NCBI RefSeq assembly: GCF_028641065.1
Contig: NC_073407.1
Coordinates: forward strand, 20,522,001-20,586,000
DNA length: 64,000 nt
From: Leucoraja erinacea
Lineage: Eukaryota
Direction: 5' to 3'
This document shows, piece after piece, positions 1-12,432 of this stretch. Under the pieces are notes generated by a model. It was not told where the DNA came from. It did not search any database and saw only the letters and a program-made list of their open reading frames with translations. Numbering within the stretch: the first letter of the stretch is position 1; every line of letters starts with the position of its first letter. A program made the translations under genes and the position numbers.

Positions 1-49
1 GGCTCCAACATTAATGATGGCAGAGCCTAGCACATTATATGAATAACAT

Positions 50-580
50 GTGATAACAAGGAACTGCAGATGCTGGTTTATGCCATAGAAAGACAAAATG
101 CTGGAGTAACTCAACAGTAATTTAGAAGGATGAGAGGTAATCTTAGAAACATATAAGATTATTAAGGGTTTGGACACCCTAAAGGCAGGAAACAGGTTCT
201 CGATGTTGAGGTAGTCCAGAACCAGGGGCCACAGTTTAAGAATAAGGGATAAGCCATTTAGAACGGAGACGAGAAAACACTTTTTCCCCCACACAGAGAG
301 TTGCAAGTCTGTGAATTCTCTGCCTCAAAGGGCGGTGGAGGCCAGTTCTCTGGATACTTTCAAGAGAGCTAGATAGAGTTCTTGAAGATGGCGGAGTCAG
401 GGGATATGGGGAGAAGGCAGGAACGGGGTACTTATTGTGGATGATCAGCCATGATCACATTGATTGGTGTTGCTGGCTCGAAGGGCCGAATGGCCTACTC
501 CTGCACCTATTGACCGTTGTCTATTGTCAAGCAATGAGAGATACTGCCTGATCCGTTGAATTACTCCAGCATTTTGTGCA
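50..580. mobile_element. Penelope-like terminal-repeat fragment (about 50-118 and 529-580) interrupted by a CR1
   Basis: GGAACTGCAGATGCTGG...ACAAAATGCTGGAGTAACTCA on the left and the inverted arm TTACTCCAGCATTTTGTG on the right; same motif as other PLE termini in the window. Confidence 0.6.
119..528 (+). mobile_element. CR1/HER1-type LINE, 5'-truncated 3' end (subfamily A)
   Basis: ORF2 C-terminal coding remnant, then GATCAGCCATGATCACATTGA...GAAGGGCCGAATGGCCTACTCCTGCACC and a TATTGTC-type tail; closely similar to 31690-32030 and 48975-49443. Confidence 0.9.
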
Positions 581-1000
581 TTACTTTACATTATACGAAC
601 AACAAGGGTAAGACCTGTAAGCATCTGTATCCACCATGATGTCTTCCAAAACCTCCACAATCACAAAGCAGTCTCTGTGTAATTTGATTCATTCCATTTG
701 ATATCCACAAATGACTGGGCCACTTGACACAACGCACGGGCTGGGATAACAGCACAGATTTTGTGCTGAACATGATGATCCAGAACCTACAGTATTACCC
801 TTTTGAAATTAATGCGAAGAACACAGATCGCTCTGTATTCAATCTTTTGTAGGCTTTTTCAATTTAGATAATAATTTGCTTTCGATTCCTCTTATCAAAG
901 CTCACAACCTCACGCTTTACATATTAAACTCACTTTGCTAACATTTCATCAGTCACTCAATATATCTAAATCCCATCGTAGAGTCACTGTATAGGAAACA

Positions 1001-1290
1001 GTGGGTGGCACTGTGGCGGAGCGAGTAGTGCTGCTGCCTCACAGCATCAGAGACCCAGGTTCTATCCTGACCACAGATACTGTCTGTGTAGAGTTTGCAC
1101 GTTCTCCGTGACCTCATGGGTTTCCTCTGGGCGATCTGGTTTCCTTCCACACTGTGTGGTTAATTGGCCTCTGTAAACTGCCCCATGTGTGTGGGAAGTG
1201 GATACGAAAGTGGGATAACATAGAACTAGTGTAAACTGGTGATCGTTGGTCAGCATTGAGTCAGTGGGCCTGAAGGACTATATCTCTAAA
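1001..1290 (+). mobile_element. HE1-like V-SINE
   Basis: tRNA-like head (GGTGGCACTGTGGCG...GACCCAGGTTCTATCC), V-domain (GAGTTTGCACGTTCTCCGTGACC...GGGTTTCC) and CR1-like tail. Confidence 0.8.
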
Positions 1291-1671
1291 CTTAACTAAA
1301 TCTACAGATACCCCTCTATCTACTCAAAAGTACTCAAGCATATTTGTCAAGCTATGATTTGCCCCTCATGAAGCCATGTTGTCTTGGGTTGATTAGATCA
1401 ACTTTCCTAAATGAATAGTTATTTCCTTTTTGATTATTGACACTATTCAGCATCATGTGAGCAATAGATATTAAACTAACAGGCTTATAGTTTCCTGCCT
1501 TTTGTCTTTCTACCTTCTTGATCCTTGATCTGCATTGTATAGCACATAAACAAGCCCTTTAATCCCCTGCATCTATGCTGATCTTTCTGTTGTCTATACT
1601 GCACCTATTTACCTGCATTAAGTTTGTATTCTTCCATGCCTCACCTATTCAAACATCTAAATAGTCATATG

Positions 1672-1795
1672 AAAAACTGCAGATGTTGGAATCATAGCAA
1701 AAGACAAAGTACTGGAGGAATTCACCGAGTTGGGACGCATCTGGGGTGAAAATGGACAGGTGACATTTTGGGTTGGGATCCTTATTCAGACTGGC
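1672..1795. mobile_element. Degenerate Penelope-like terminal repeat
   Basis: AACTGCAGATGTTGGAATC...ACATTTTGGGTTGGGATCCTTATTCAGACTG, a decayed reverse-complement hammerhead-core region. Confidence 0.55.
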
Positions 1796-2805
1796 ATGTA
1801 GGTTTAGACTATGTCTACATATCTCAAACTTTGAAGTATCTAATTCCACCAACTCCTAGGGTAGCCTATTACATATGTCAACCACTCTAAGAAAAATGTT
1901 CCACTCAAACCCCCTTCCTCATACCCGAACCCTCTTAACTTTGATACACCTCCATGAGAAAAAGATATTGTGCCTCAATTTTTAATACACCTCAGTCAGG
2001 TCTTTGCTCCAGGGAAAAACAAGTTCAGCATATCCAATATCTTCCCATGATTAATGTCCTCTGATCTAGGCAACTTTCTTCTGCACTCTCTCCAGCACAA
2101 TCACATCGCGACGTTCACTGGTAATCACCAAACTATTCGAAGCTGATCTCTCTGGTTCTTCTGCCCATCCTTCTGAACTTAGACCATTGGGAAACCATCA
2201 TGCAATCCTCACCTGTTGAAAGGTTCTTCTGTGCTAACAATTACACAGACATCACCCATTGTTTCCTGAAATTTTACAATTTAAAACAACTGGAAACAAA
2301 GCAGCATAATGGTGAAATGGGCAGATACATGATGGATGAAACATAATACAGAGATGTGTGGAGTGGACCCATTCTGGTACTACTGCTTTAAAAAGATCTG
2401 ACAAAACAGCCAGCAGTCCAAAGTAAACAGCAATTTGCATTTAGCAAGTGTTGCGAACACTCAGCTTGTCTGGGAGCATCTGAATTTCCAGAATGTTTTG
2501 CTTTATTTCATATTTCTAGTAACTACAGATTTTATTTAAAAGGGTGTTTATTCTTTGGCTTTAACAGAAAAACTTCTGTTATTAGAAGAACTGTGCTTCA
2601 CAAAATAGTTAACAAATTACCAGGAGCACACGAGGAGACATTAGGATGTTACCAAAAATGGAAGAAGTGTTTTAGAGAAGAGAGGTGGAGCAGTTTAGAG
2701 GGTCAACATCAGAGCTTAAGGAGAAGGCAAACTAACCCAGGATTTGAATACAGGAGTAAGGAAGTCTCAAAGCAATTGTGCAAGACCTTGATGAGATCAC
2801 TCCTG

Positions 2806-3408
2806 TAGAATAGAATAGAATAGTTTCTTTATTGTCATTGTAACATGAACCATGTACAACGAAATTTAAAAATGCTAAAATTTCTAAAAGCTAATGATAC
2901 ATACAAGGTAAAATATTAAAGATAAACAACTAAATAAATATCACTGACAAAGCACGCATACACACCCAACCCTCCATCCTTCTGTCGATTTCACCGTTAC
3001 CACAGTCCCTTAGTCTGTATCGCCCCTGCGTTCCTTGGCGGCTACATTTAGTGCTTTTATAGCAGTGGGGTAAAAACTGTTTTTTAGTCTATTTGTCCTT
3101 GTCCTTGTAGATCTGTACCGTCTGCCTGACGGCAACAGTTCAAACAGGGAGTGTCCGGGGTGGGAAATGTCCTTTATGATATTCTGGGATTTTTTGGTGC
3201 AGCGGGAACTGTGTAAATCCTCCAAGGTAAGGAGAGGGCAGCCGACAATCCTCTGGGCGTTGTCAATGGCCCTCTGGAGCGCTTTCCTCTGAGCCGCTGT
3301 GCAGCTGGTGTACCACACGCATACACAGTATGTTAGTATGCTCTCAATGGAGCACCGATAAAATGACAGCAGCAGTCTCTGAGTGATGTTATTCTTCCTG
3401 AAGTGTTG
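2806..3408 (-). mobile_element. Rex1/Babar LINE 3' fragment inserted in an old CR1 remnant
   Basis: ORF 3010-3435 encodes FYRCSIESILTYCVCVWY...[18 protein letters not shown]...RLKNSFYP, the typical Rex1 C-terminus; minus-strand AATAAAG followed by a (CTATT)n tail at 2806-2835. Confidence 0.9.
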
Positions 3409-3579
3409 TGTATGGGTTTTGGTCACCTTTCCCAAGGATGATGCACGTCATTGAATATGCAGGGACAGAAGATAAGGATCATGTGAGGCAGATGAGTACT
3501 TTATCTTGGCATCATTGTTTAGCACAAACATTGTGAGCCAAAAGGCCTGTTCCCGTGGTGTCCTGTTCTAAGATTCAGT

Positions 3580-4012
3580 AGTTTGGTCCAGAGATGTCAG
3601 GTTTGATAATCAAGGAAAAATTGCATCAACTGGAAGTGTTTTCTCAAGTTTAGATGCGAGGAGCTTTCATCAAAATAAACAAAATTCTTAAAGTACTTGA
3701 CAGATGAATTGCAGACAAGAGATTTCTACTGGCAGAGGAATCTAGGGCCAGGAGGCATAACTTGAGAACGATGGGTTGGCAGTTTGGAACCGATGAGAAT
3801 ATGCTTTACTCATCAGGTGGTCTTCCTTTGGAATTCTCTGCCATGGAAGGCTGAGGAGGTTCAGTCATTATCGTCATAGATTTCTGGGCATTAATAGAAT
3901 TGAGGAAGATGGAGATAGTGCTGGCAAACAACACCAAGACAGAAGGGCTGCACTATCCCCATCTACAGACCCCACAGGTCTGCAAGTCCTGCCCTTATTT
4001 CTTAGGTTCCTA
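3580..4012 (+). mobile_element. Old degraded CR1 3' fragment
   Basis: Decayed matches to the CR1 ORF2 end (TTTGGAATTCTCTGCCATGGAAGGCTGAGGAGG) and tail CCTGCCCTTATTTCTTAGGTTCCTATG. Confidence 0.6.
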
Positions 4013-5199
4013 TGAATGTGCAAGATGCTCGAATTGAAGGAATGCAAACATTAGGACAGACTGGAGGATGATACAAAGATAGAAGTAGAGGGAATATGCA
4101 AGAATAAAAATAAATTTTGAGGTGCCCATGCATCTGGAACCAATGTAAAACAGTCAAGAGGATTGATGAATGAATGTAAAGGGCTGGTTGATGTGGTAGT
4201 GGGAGTTAGGAAAGGGTTGGATAGCTGTGGAGAAAAGGTTGCAGTGATTGAATGAAAGAATGATCAACGACAAAAACACTTACCACCAGAGAATGCAACT
4301 AGGAAGGGGCAAATCATAAACCGATTAAAAATATATAACTAGTTCAATTGTTAGGAAGTCCATTATCAAAATTTAAGTGGATCACACCGGAGGTGTGAGA
4401 TCAGGAGCAATGAAGTAACATAATGCCTTTGAGCAAGATAGAGAATGCCCTTTCACTTTAGCTGGATTCAGAGTCAGTGTCTCATGCGCCACCCCAGCTA
4501 ACACTGGAATCTAATTGCAAATTACTCAAAGCAAACTAACCAGAATCTTAGAACAATCAGTGTACATGACTAGTCACATTAGATTCAGATGAGTTTGTTG
4601 TATACACCAGGGCACAATGAAATCCTCGTTCACATGAAGCTCAAAGTAAATAACATACACACAGCAGTGGTAAATGTAACAAACATAAGTGCAACACAGA
4701 GTGTTGCAAGATTGTAGATCTGAAGTGGCAACTATTAATATTAATTAAAGTCCAACAATGGAAGAACCAAATGATGTAGCGTCAAGAGGATGTGGCAACA
4801 TCTCCAGAAATGGAGTATTTAAGGCAATTGGTTCAGTAGTTGGATAGCTGTGGAGAAGAAGCTGTTCTTCTCTGGACATCCTAACTCTCAAGCTCCTGTA
4901 CCATCTCTCAGCAGGTAGAAAAGAGAAAAGGGAACAGCCGGGGCAGCAACCATTCCTGACAATACTTTCAGATATTGTGTTGAGTTTCTTGTCATATCAG
5001 CAGTGAATCCATCCTTGTGCCTCCTTAAACCACATTTCCGGTTGAAAATTATTAAACCTTCAGGAGACACCTTTGCAAACACAAGTTTAGAGTCTCTTCT
5101 GCTTACTAGTCCTGCGCTTGTACCAGCGAGTCCCAGCCCAACCACCCCAAGCAAGTTAATACAAAGTTCAGCTCAAGCAAAGTGAAGACTAAGCTTTGG

Positions 5200-7015
5200 T
5201 TTCAATTGCATTGTCATATGCATTGAACAATGAAAGTTTTACTCACTGCCACTTTACATGCATTATAGATGCAAGAACAAATACTAAAATGTGGTTACTT
5301 TCAGCAAGACCATAATGATGCAGAAAAAACGCCACATGTAGAGTGACCATAGAGGTCCAATGCTCCAGGTAGGGTTGTGCAGCGTGGTTCAGCAATCTGA
5401 TCATTAATGGGAGGAAGCTGTTCTTGAACCTGGAGGTAACTGTTCTTAGACTCCTGTACTTTCTTGCCAATGGTAACAGCAAGATGAAGGTGTGATCAGG
5501 GTGCATGCACACACAGGGCTTGGGTGAAATTTAAAGATGGTGCTGGAGCTGGCTCTAGTTATTGTCATAGGTATAGAGAGTGTCGAGCAGAGAACTGAAC
5601 ACAAAGCCAACGTGCCATAGTGCCGATGGTTAGTGAGGTATTATTGCCATTCCATTATAAATAAGGTCTCCCCCTTTGAGGAAGTGGAGGATGCAGTTAC
5701 ATAGTGAAGAGCAGACGCCCAATTCAGAGTTTGTGGGCTAGTGTGGAAGGGTTTTAAACGGTGATCGATAATTGATGTACAACTGCCTGACATAACTGTT
5801 CCTGTTTTCCCAAGAGGTCCAGTACAGAGTGGAGAACCAGTGAGGTCACATCCCCTGTCAATCTGTTGTGATAGTGGGCAAGTTGAAGCGGTCAAGGCCC
5901 TTAATGCGGCAGTAACAGAAATGCATCATAGCCGACCCCTAAGCATTTCATGAGAATGATCACGAGCGCTGCTGGTCACTTGAGGTACATCACCCTGCTC
6001 TTCTTGGGTACTGGCATTAAGGATGCTCTTTTAATGGTGGTGGGGTAGCTTGGAATGTAGTAGAGGGGTCGAAGCTATCTGCCATAACACCAGCCAATTG
6101 GTCTGCACAGGTTTTGAGAATGCAGCCAGGTGCATTATGAGGGCTGAACCCTCTGAGGGTTCAACTACTTGAAGGATCTTCGGTCATCAGCCTCAAAGAC
6201 CGAGACCAGAGAGCAATTGGGGGCTGTGTGCTCCACCATGAATGTACATTATTGCACTCCTTTTATGAGTGAACATAGAAAACATCGTTGGTCGAAAAGT
6301 GATGCATCACTCTCATTTGAGCTACTGTTTCCCCTTGTGGGAAGTGATGGCAAACAACTATCCAAACCTCCAGTTTGGTCTGTAAGTGTCTGTTTGCAAT
6401 GGGCTTCCGGGGGTCATACCTGGACAAACCCAACTTGAACGCTACAGATTTGGTCCTCAGTGGATTGCAGATCTACTGGTTCATCCAAGGCTGCTGGTTA
6501 GAGAACTCAGATTGTCAATATATTTCTTTAAAGTTAGTAACAATCATGGGACGTTCATTCCTGGCTGTTGCCAACTCTTTGAACATCACCCAGTCTACTG
6601 GGCCCAAGCAGTTGCAGTCACAGCTCTGCCTCTGCTGGCCAGCTCTGTACAATGTTCTTCAGACCTGCACTTCCATTGCCCAAGGGGTACAGGCAATAGG
6701 TCTTGTTTTCTAAAGCGCAGGCAAGGGTGGCGTGCGATTTGTCACTGATGTGGGGTAGCTGTGGGCAAGAATGTTTGATCCTCTGATGGTGTAGGAAACA
6801 TGTTGAGGATATTTTAGAAATCTTAGTTTGTGGTAATGATGAAAATGATTTTTGGTATACCAACTCATGTTTGTTGACCATGGTGAAGAGTTCAACTGCT
6901 AGCTGATTGCCTACCCAGGCTCATAATCATTTACAATACTCCCTACCCTTGGAGAAGGTAGGGACAGCACTTCACTGTTAGATGTTCCAGGTGGGGCGGG
7001 GAGTAGTTGTCCGAT
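5200..7015 (-). mobile_element. Old degraded Rex1/Babar LINE (endonuclease to 3' tail, many lesions)
   Basis: ORF 5243-5512 LPLARKYRSLRTVTSRFKNSFLP; RT-like remnants near 5700-5800; APE-like remnants near 6700-7000; tail AATGCATATGACAA on the minus strand at about 5211-5225. Confidence 0.65.
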
Positions 7016-7069
7016 AGAATCACCATGTCCAAGCACCATGTCTCTTCCTCTTGCTGACAACTTGACACA

Positions 7070-7325
7070 GTGGCAGGCACAGCTGCTGCCTGAGAACGAG
7101 CGATTTAGGTTTAAACCTGGGTGCTGACTGCATGCAGTTTGGATATTTTTCTTGTGACTGCATAAGTTTCGTCACACCACAAAGACGCACAGGGTCATCG
7201 GCCTCTAAATTACCCAGAAACATGTAGGAAGTGCATGGAATAGTGGAAAAACTGAGCTGAATGGCTGATTAACGACCAGCATGGACTGTGCGCCAAAGGG
7301 CCTGTTTCCATGCTGTATCTTTCAA
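7070..7325 (+). mobile_element. Degraded HE1-like V-SINE
   Basis: tRNA-like head and tail GCATGGACTGTGCGCCAAAGGGCCTGTTTCCATGCTGTATCT. Confidence 0.6.
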
Positions 7326-8615
7326 ACATCATTCAGTTTGTGTGATGGATCAACTCTATGGTCTCTCTGGAGGGTCAAGTCTTGAGCTGTGGGTGAAGTC
7401 ATGTCTCTATCAATTAGAGTACATAGCATTCCCCATGTCCCCTTCGCAAAGCAATGTTGCCCTCAAGTCCTCACCTACCTAAAGTCAAGTTAAAACTCGA
7501 GGTTAAACCTCACCTACACATAAAAGGCAAGTTGTTGCAGCAATTTTTTACGAGTGGTTGCAGTGTCAGATTCACTGGAATGCTACTACAGCAAAGTAGG
7601 TTCAACTAAAGATTTAATCCACGAGTTTGTAAAATTAAAATGCCTCTACTTTAAAAAGTTTATGTTGAGGAGAAATAATTTCCTAAACAGGGTCAATGAA
7701 GAAAATGCATCATAAACTAAGAGTTAGCTCATTCATGAGCAGCATCCAGAAGTATTATTCAGTACAAAGGATAAGTATACAAATCTGCCCCTAAGATGCT
7801 TTGAACCTGGCAATAAATTAGCCAAGAAACCTATTTAGCAAAGATGGCAGTTATGAAGAGACCAGCTATGATCTAATTGATCTCATCTCTATCAGCTTAT
7901 TTTAGCCAACAGCACAATCATATTGTCTAAAGTTTCCATCTCCAATACCACGCGAAAATTGAACTATAGACCTTTTCCCAAAAATATCATCTATATAAAT
8001 TCATTGAATACCGCACATTTGAAAAGTCAAAAATAGAGTTATAACCAAGTTCATTCTTGTGTTTACAAAAGCAGACTGCTAAAGTTAAAACGATTTTAGT
8101 TAAAAAAATGCAGAACTAGAAATGGACAGTCCAGAAACAAGCCCAAAACTCCATTTAGACAACTGATCCCAGGTTGCAATTTTGAACAAAGTTCCAAATC
8201 ATTATTTGCAAACACTTCCCACTTTTCCTCCTGAACAGCATAGCTACATTTTCCTACTTTGCTCCAGTTCTGGATTCCAAATTGAATAGTTTCTGTATTT
8301 ACCCCAAGTCATTCTAATCATCTACACAAAACCATCTTAGTGAACTTGAGTTTCAAAAGTTGTTTGGTCCAGATTAGGAACCTTTCATAGAAAATATTGT
8401 TTTACAATAACATTATCAATTGCTTGCATGCAATTTCCCCCTCCCCCGTGGACGTTTGTTCATTTGCTACATCTCTTTTTGCCAGTTTGAATTTTCAAAA
8501 TTGTAATGCCATGTGGCAAATTGGAGAATTTTATTCAGCAAGCTTAGCATATTATTGGTTTAGAAATCCCATAATGTGGAGGTGTTGATATTCAAAGAGA
8601 AACCATGTTTGTAGG

Positions 8616-8808
8616 CGTTTAAGCAGGAACTGCAGATGCTGGAAAATCAAAAGGTACACAAAAGCAGGTGCAGCAGCATTTATGGAGCGAAGGAGATAGG
8701 CAACGTTTCAGGCCAAAACCAAAGGTTTTGGCCCGAAACGTTGCCCATCTCCTTCGCTCCATAGATGCTGCTGCACCCGCTGAGATTCTCCAGCATTTTT
8801 GTGTTTGT
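8616..8808. mobile_element. Palindromic Penelope-derived element with 14-bp TSD
   Basis: Inverted arms GGTGCAGCAGCATTTATGGAGCGAAGGAGATAGGCAACGTTTC / GAAACGTTGCCCATCTCCTTCGCTCCATAGATGCTGCTGCACC; TSD ACCATGTTTGTAGG at 8602-8615 and 8809-8822. Confidence 0.8.
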
Positions 8809-9065
8809 ACCATGTTTGTAGGTGCTTGTTCCTAGTGTGGCGCCGAGCCCTAGACCAGGGCTGGCAGTGAGCAACAATGAAACCGAATTCTAGGAAGTTT
8901 GAAACTATTTACTACTCCATATGCTGACCTACCCTAATAATTCCAAATTTGTGCAATCACTGAGCTTTCACTGGTTTGCACCCCAAGCCTAAAGAGGAGG
9001 TGCCAAACTGAAAATGCAATGCAAACATTAGAGTGCATGGAAATGGGCCCTTCAGCCCAGCTTCT

Positions 9066-9393
9066 CAGTCTAAAGGGTCTTGACCCAAAACATCACCCAT
9101 TCATAGAAACATAGAAAATAGGTGCAGGAGTAGGCCATTTGGCCCCTCGAGCCTGCACCGCCATTCACTATGATCATGGCCGATCATCCAACTCAGTATC
9201 CTGTACCTGCCTTCTCTCCATACCCCCTGATCCCTTTAGCCACAAGGGCCACATCTAACTCCCTCTTAAATATAGCCAATGAACTGGCCTCAACTTCCTT
9301 CTCTCCAGAGATGCGGACCGTCTCGCTGGGTTACTCCAGCATTTTGTACCTATCTTCCGTGTCTAGCTAACATCTGCAGCACCATCCTACACA
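9066..9393 (+). mobile_element. Penelope-like terminal repeat split by a CR1 insertion
   Basis: CAGTCTAAAGGGTCTTGACCCAAAACATCACCCATTC resumes as TTCCTTCTCTCCAGAGATGC...TTACTCCAGCATTTTGT...CATCTGCAG after the CR1. Confidence 0.7.
9103..9294 (-). mobile_element. CR1/HER1 3' end (subfamily B)
   Basis: Reverse complement of the CR1 3' UTR with (TTTCTATG) tail; near-identical to 21621-21857, 28731-28950 and 41256-41690. Confidence 0.92.
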
Positions 9394-9974
9394 TTCTTCA
9401 GCTTAGCTCCTTCCAGCTGTTCAAGATGCCTCATCCAAGATAATCCCATTTGCCCATGTTTGGCCCATATACCTCTAAGCCTTTCCATTCATTTCCACAC
9501 CTTTTCAAATAGTTTTAAAGTGCTGCAGTACCTGCCTCGACTGGTAGATACTTCCATATAACCACCTTCCCGAGTGAATTATTCGGGATGTCATCGTCCA
9601 ATTACAGTAACATTCCATTGGGCCCACTGGAAGGCGACAAGAAACCAGACTGTTCCCAAACTTAGGATTAAGCAGAAATAGTTTCAGCAGCCAGGTTCCA
9701 CCTGATCAGATGAGATCCATGAGCTTTAAAAATGACAATTCCCCATAAAAGTTCACCAAGTAGAACAACCATAACAATTTGATTGCAAGCGTTAAAGTGT
9801 CAAGATTCAGCCAAGTAGACCATTATTTTGGTGGGATCAGAAACCCAACATCAGGAAACAATTTAAAGGATGGAGGAAAAATGCTAGGACCAGAATGGTT
9901 TACATCATCCTTGGCAAGCTTGGAGATTTAAGGAAATTTGAGCGAGCAAGCTTGAAAGAGTAACAGATCAGTTA

Positions 9975-10250
9975 CATTTAGGAAACAGGCCCTTCAGTCC
10001 ACGCTGATTATTAATCAGCTGTTCCATAGTGCCATGTTATCTTACTTTCTCATCCACTCCCACGGTTGGATTTTACAGAGGCCTACATACCTCATGCTTT
10101 TGGGATGTGGCAGCAAACCATAGCACCTAGAGGAAACTCACGAGGTCATAGGGGCATAGAGTATGTGCATGGTCCACAAACAGCACCCAAGGTCAAGATC
10201 GAACCTGTGTCTCTGGTGCCAAGGCCAAGCTTTATCAGTTGCACCACTGC
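9975..10250 (-). mobile_element. Degraded HE1-like V-SINE
   Basis: GGAAACAGGCCCTTCAGTCC tail and CAGCACCCAAGGTCAAGATCGAACCTGTGTCTCTGGTG tRNA-like head, both reverse-complemented. Confidence 0.65.
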
Positions 10251-10799
10251 TGACCTAAAAATACTAAAACGTTTTTGCTCACATTTTCCACTTGATACAA
10301 TATAAAGTGACATCAGTCTTAAGTGACTAAGATGGTCAGGGGAGCAGTTGCATGGGAAAACCACCAGCAAGATGCACTCTCCCACCTTGAGCATTCATCA
10401 CCATGGGAACAGGGCTCATTCTGTTCAGCCAACGTGATCTCGACTCACTCGATCTACTCCTCCGTGCCAGACAGAAATAACTTAACTGACCCCAGACTTT
10501 AGGTGCTGCAAAGAGATTCCAAATCTCACATTTAGTCGCCTTGATCCCACCAAGTAAATTTGTCAACACAAATTTCACTCCAGATCTCAATCAGAACCCT
10601 TCCTTAATCTTTTAAACTCAAAAATACACCGGTTCTCAATGTAACCTTTTAAGACGCAGCACAGCGGTTTGAAGCAAAAAGCGCACACTTTGCAAACGCA
10701 CGGCTAGGGAATTGACACAAGTTTGAAAGGAACGCAAAGATTCTTTAAAATAGTTGTGCACTAAAAGGATCAACCGTTCAAGTAGGTAATGATATACTG

Positions 10800-10805
10800 T
10801 TTATT
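10800..10805 (-). terminator. Candidate polyadenylation signal AATAAA of IER5L
   Basis: TTTATT on the plus strand near the distal edge of the repeat-free, CpG-retaining block downstream of the CDS; implies a ~1.6 kb 3' UTR. Confidence 0.6.
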
Positions 10806-11159
10806 AAAAGCACAAAAGTACAGATACAAACACAGTAGAGATGATGTTGACAGATGAAACCTCCCAAATTAAAACTGGTCAGTTACACGCTATAAACGTT
10901 TCATTAAAAACTTTGAGCCTTAACACCTTTTTACAACAAAAGGCTTCGCCAAACAAACTTTGGCAAGAAATTTTGCATCGGGTAACATTTCGTTCAGTTT
11001 ACCGATTCATAAAATGGAAACACTGTTAACAGCCTCACCATTTAACTGCACGCTCACGTTAAAAGGTTTACTGTGTTGAACTGCTCGACGACAAAACAAA
11101 ACGTTGAAAAGCTTTTGGAACCAGACTAATCAAGGGGGGGGGGGGGAAAAGAACTGTTC

Positions 11160-11167
11160 TATTTACA
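11160..11167 (-). promoter_or_regulatory. Pumilio response element (UGUAAAUA) in the putative IER5L 3' UTR
   Basis: TATTTACA on plus equals TGTAAATA on the mRNA strand, matching UGUAHAUA. Confidence 0.4.
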
Positions 11168-12369
11168 AAATGCAAAAATAAAAATTGCAACCTTGATCTG
11201 GACTAATGCTCGTCTGAAGTAGCGTTTTAATCCGCATCCATCACATCGCGCCGTTTCAATGACTACAGCCCACGACTATAACCAGATGAAAGTTTAATTT
11301 AGGAGTGGGAATGTGTAGGAAATCATTCTGCGTTAAAATACTATGCAGACCAGTCAGACGGGTGACTTTTCCATGTTAGGTGGGATGTTACCGGCGCAAT
11401 ATCGACTTTAAAATAGAAATCACTACACTGTTTCAGTGCTCTGCATTTAAAATTCGTAGCAAACGCACAGGAGAATCAACATTACAAGTCTTCCACTATT
11501 GTAATTTCAAATACACTTTGGACGAATTGTTCGCGATTCACATTGCGCGCGTTAAAGTTTTAACAAAGGGGTAAATATCTTTCCAAATTATAATTGGTTG
11601 ATGTTTCGCCATCGTTAAAAAAAAACGCGGAATGAAAATAATTTCAGAAACAGCGTTTAAAAAGTGCTCCCAATGCAGGAAAACCAACATTTAAAACAAT
11701 AGCGAGCCAATGGGCCCCACCACTCCCAAAAGGGAGTAGAAGTTAATGCAATTTGAAGTCTCGTTATCTCAAATAAAAAAGTTAAAATTTAGGAAACGTT
11801 TAGAAGTCTGCTGAATATTAAAAGGAGACGTGTTCGGGATAAAAAAAGTTGCGCCACAAGATCAATTTAATTCCGCATTGTGGAGAGTCGGTGCATGTCT
11901 CCTTTAAAAGCGCAGGGCCGGGTCACGTGACGCCGCCAGCTTCCCCCCGCCCCCATTCAACCCAACGGCGACGATCCCTGGCGTCAGGGAGTCTGACACC
12001 ATTTAAAGGGACAGCGCTCCTCTTAAAGCGACACCAATTTCGCGCTGGTTTGGAAAAAAGTGGCACTCAAAATCCGTGGCTTCTCGTTTTTTAGCTCTAG
12101 AGGGAAAAAAACCCTCATTCTACATCCCCAACCCCATCAAAGATTTACGCAAGTCGATCATCCAATTTCCGGGGGAGGGGTCGTGGGGTTGCTGACCTCC
12201 AAGTCTTACATTGTAAACGATTGACTTTTTAAGTTGCTATGCTTTTAAAGTTCCGAACCTCCAAAACAAAAAAAAAACAACACATTTGTCTCCAGTTGGA
12301 AGTGTGGTCCAGATTTGTTCTGCTTGTTACAGTATAAAAATAATAAACACAGCACAAGCACACGCATCG

Positions 12370-12423
12370 CGCACACACACACATACACACACCCACACAC
12401 ATACACACACACACACACACACA
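12370..12423. repeat. Imperfect (CA)n microsatellite just after the IER5L stop codon
   Basis: CACACACACATACACACACCCACACACATACACACAC...; read directly. Confidence 0.95.
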
Positions 12424-12432
12424 GGAAAGCGC

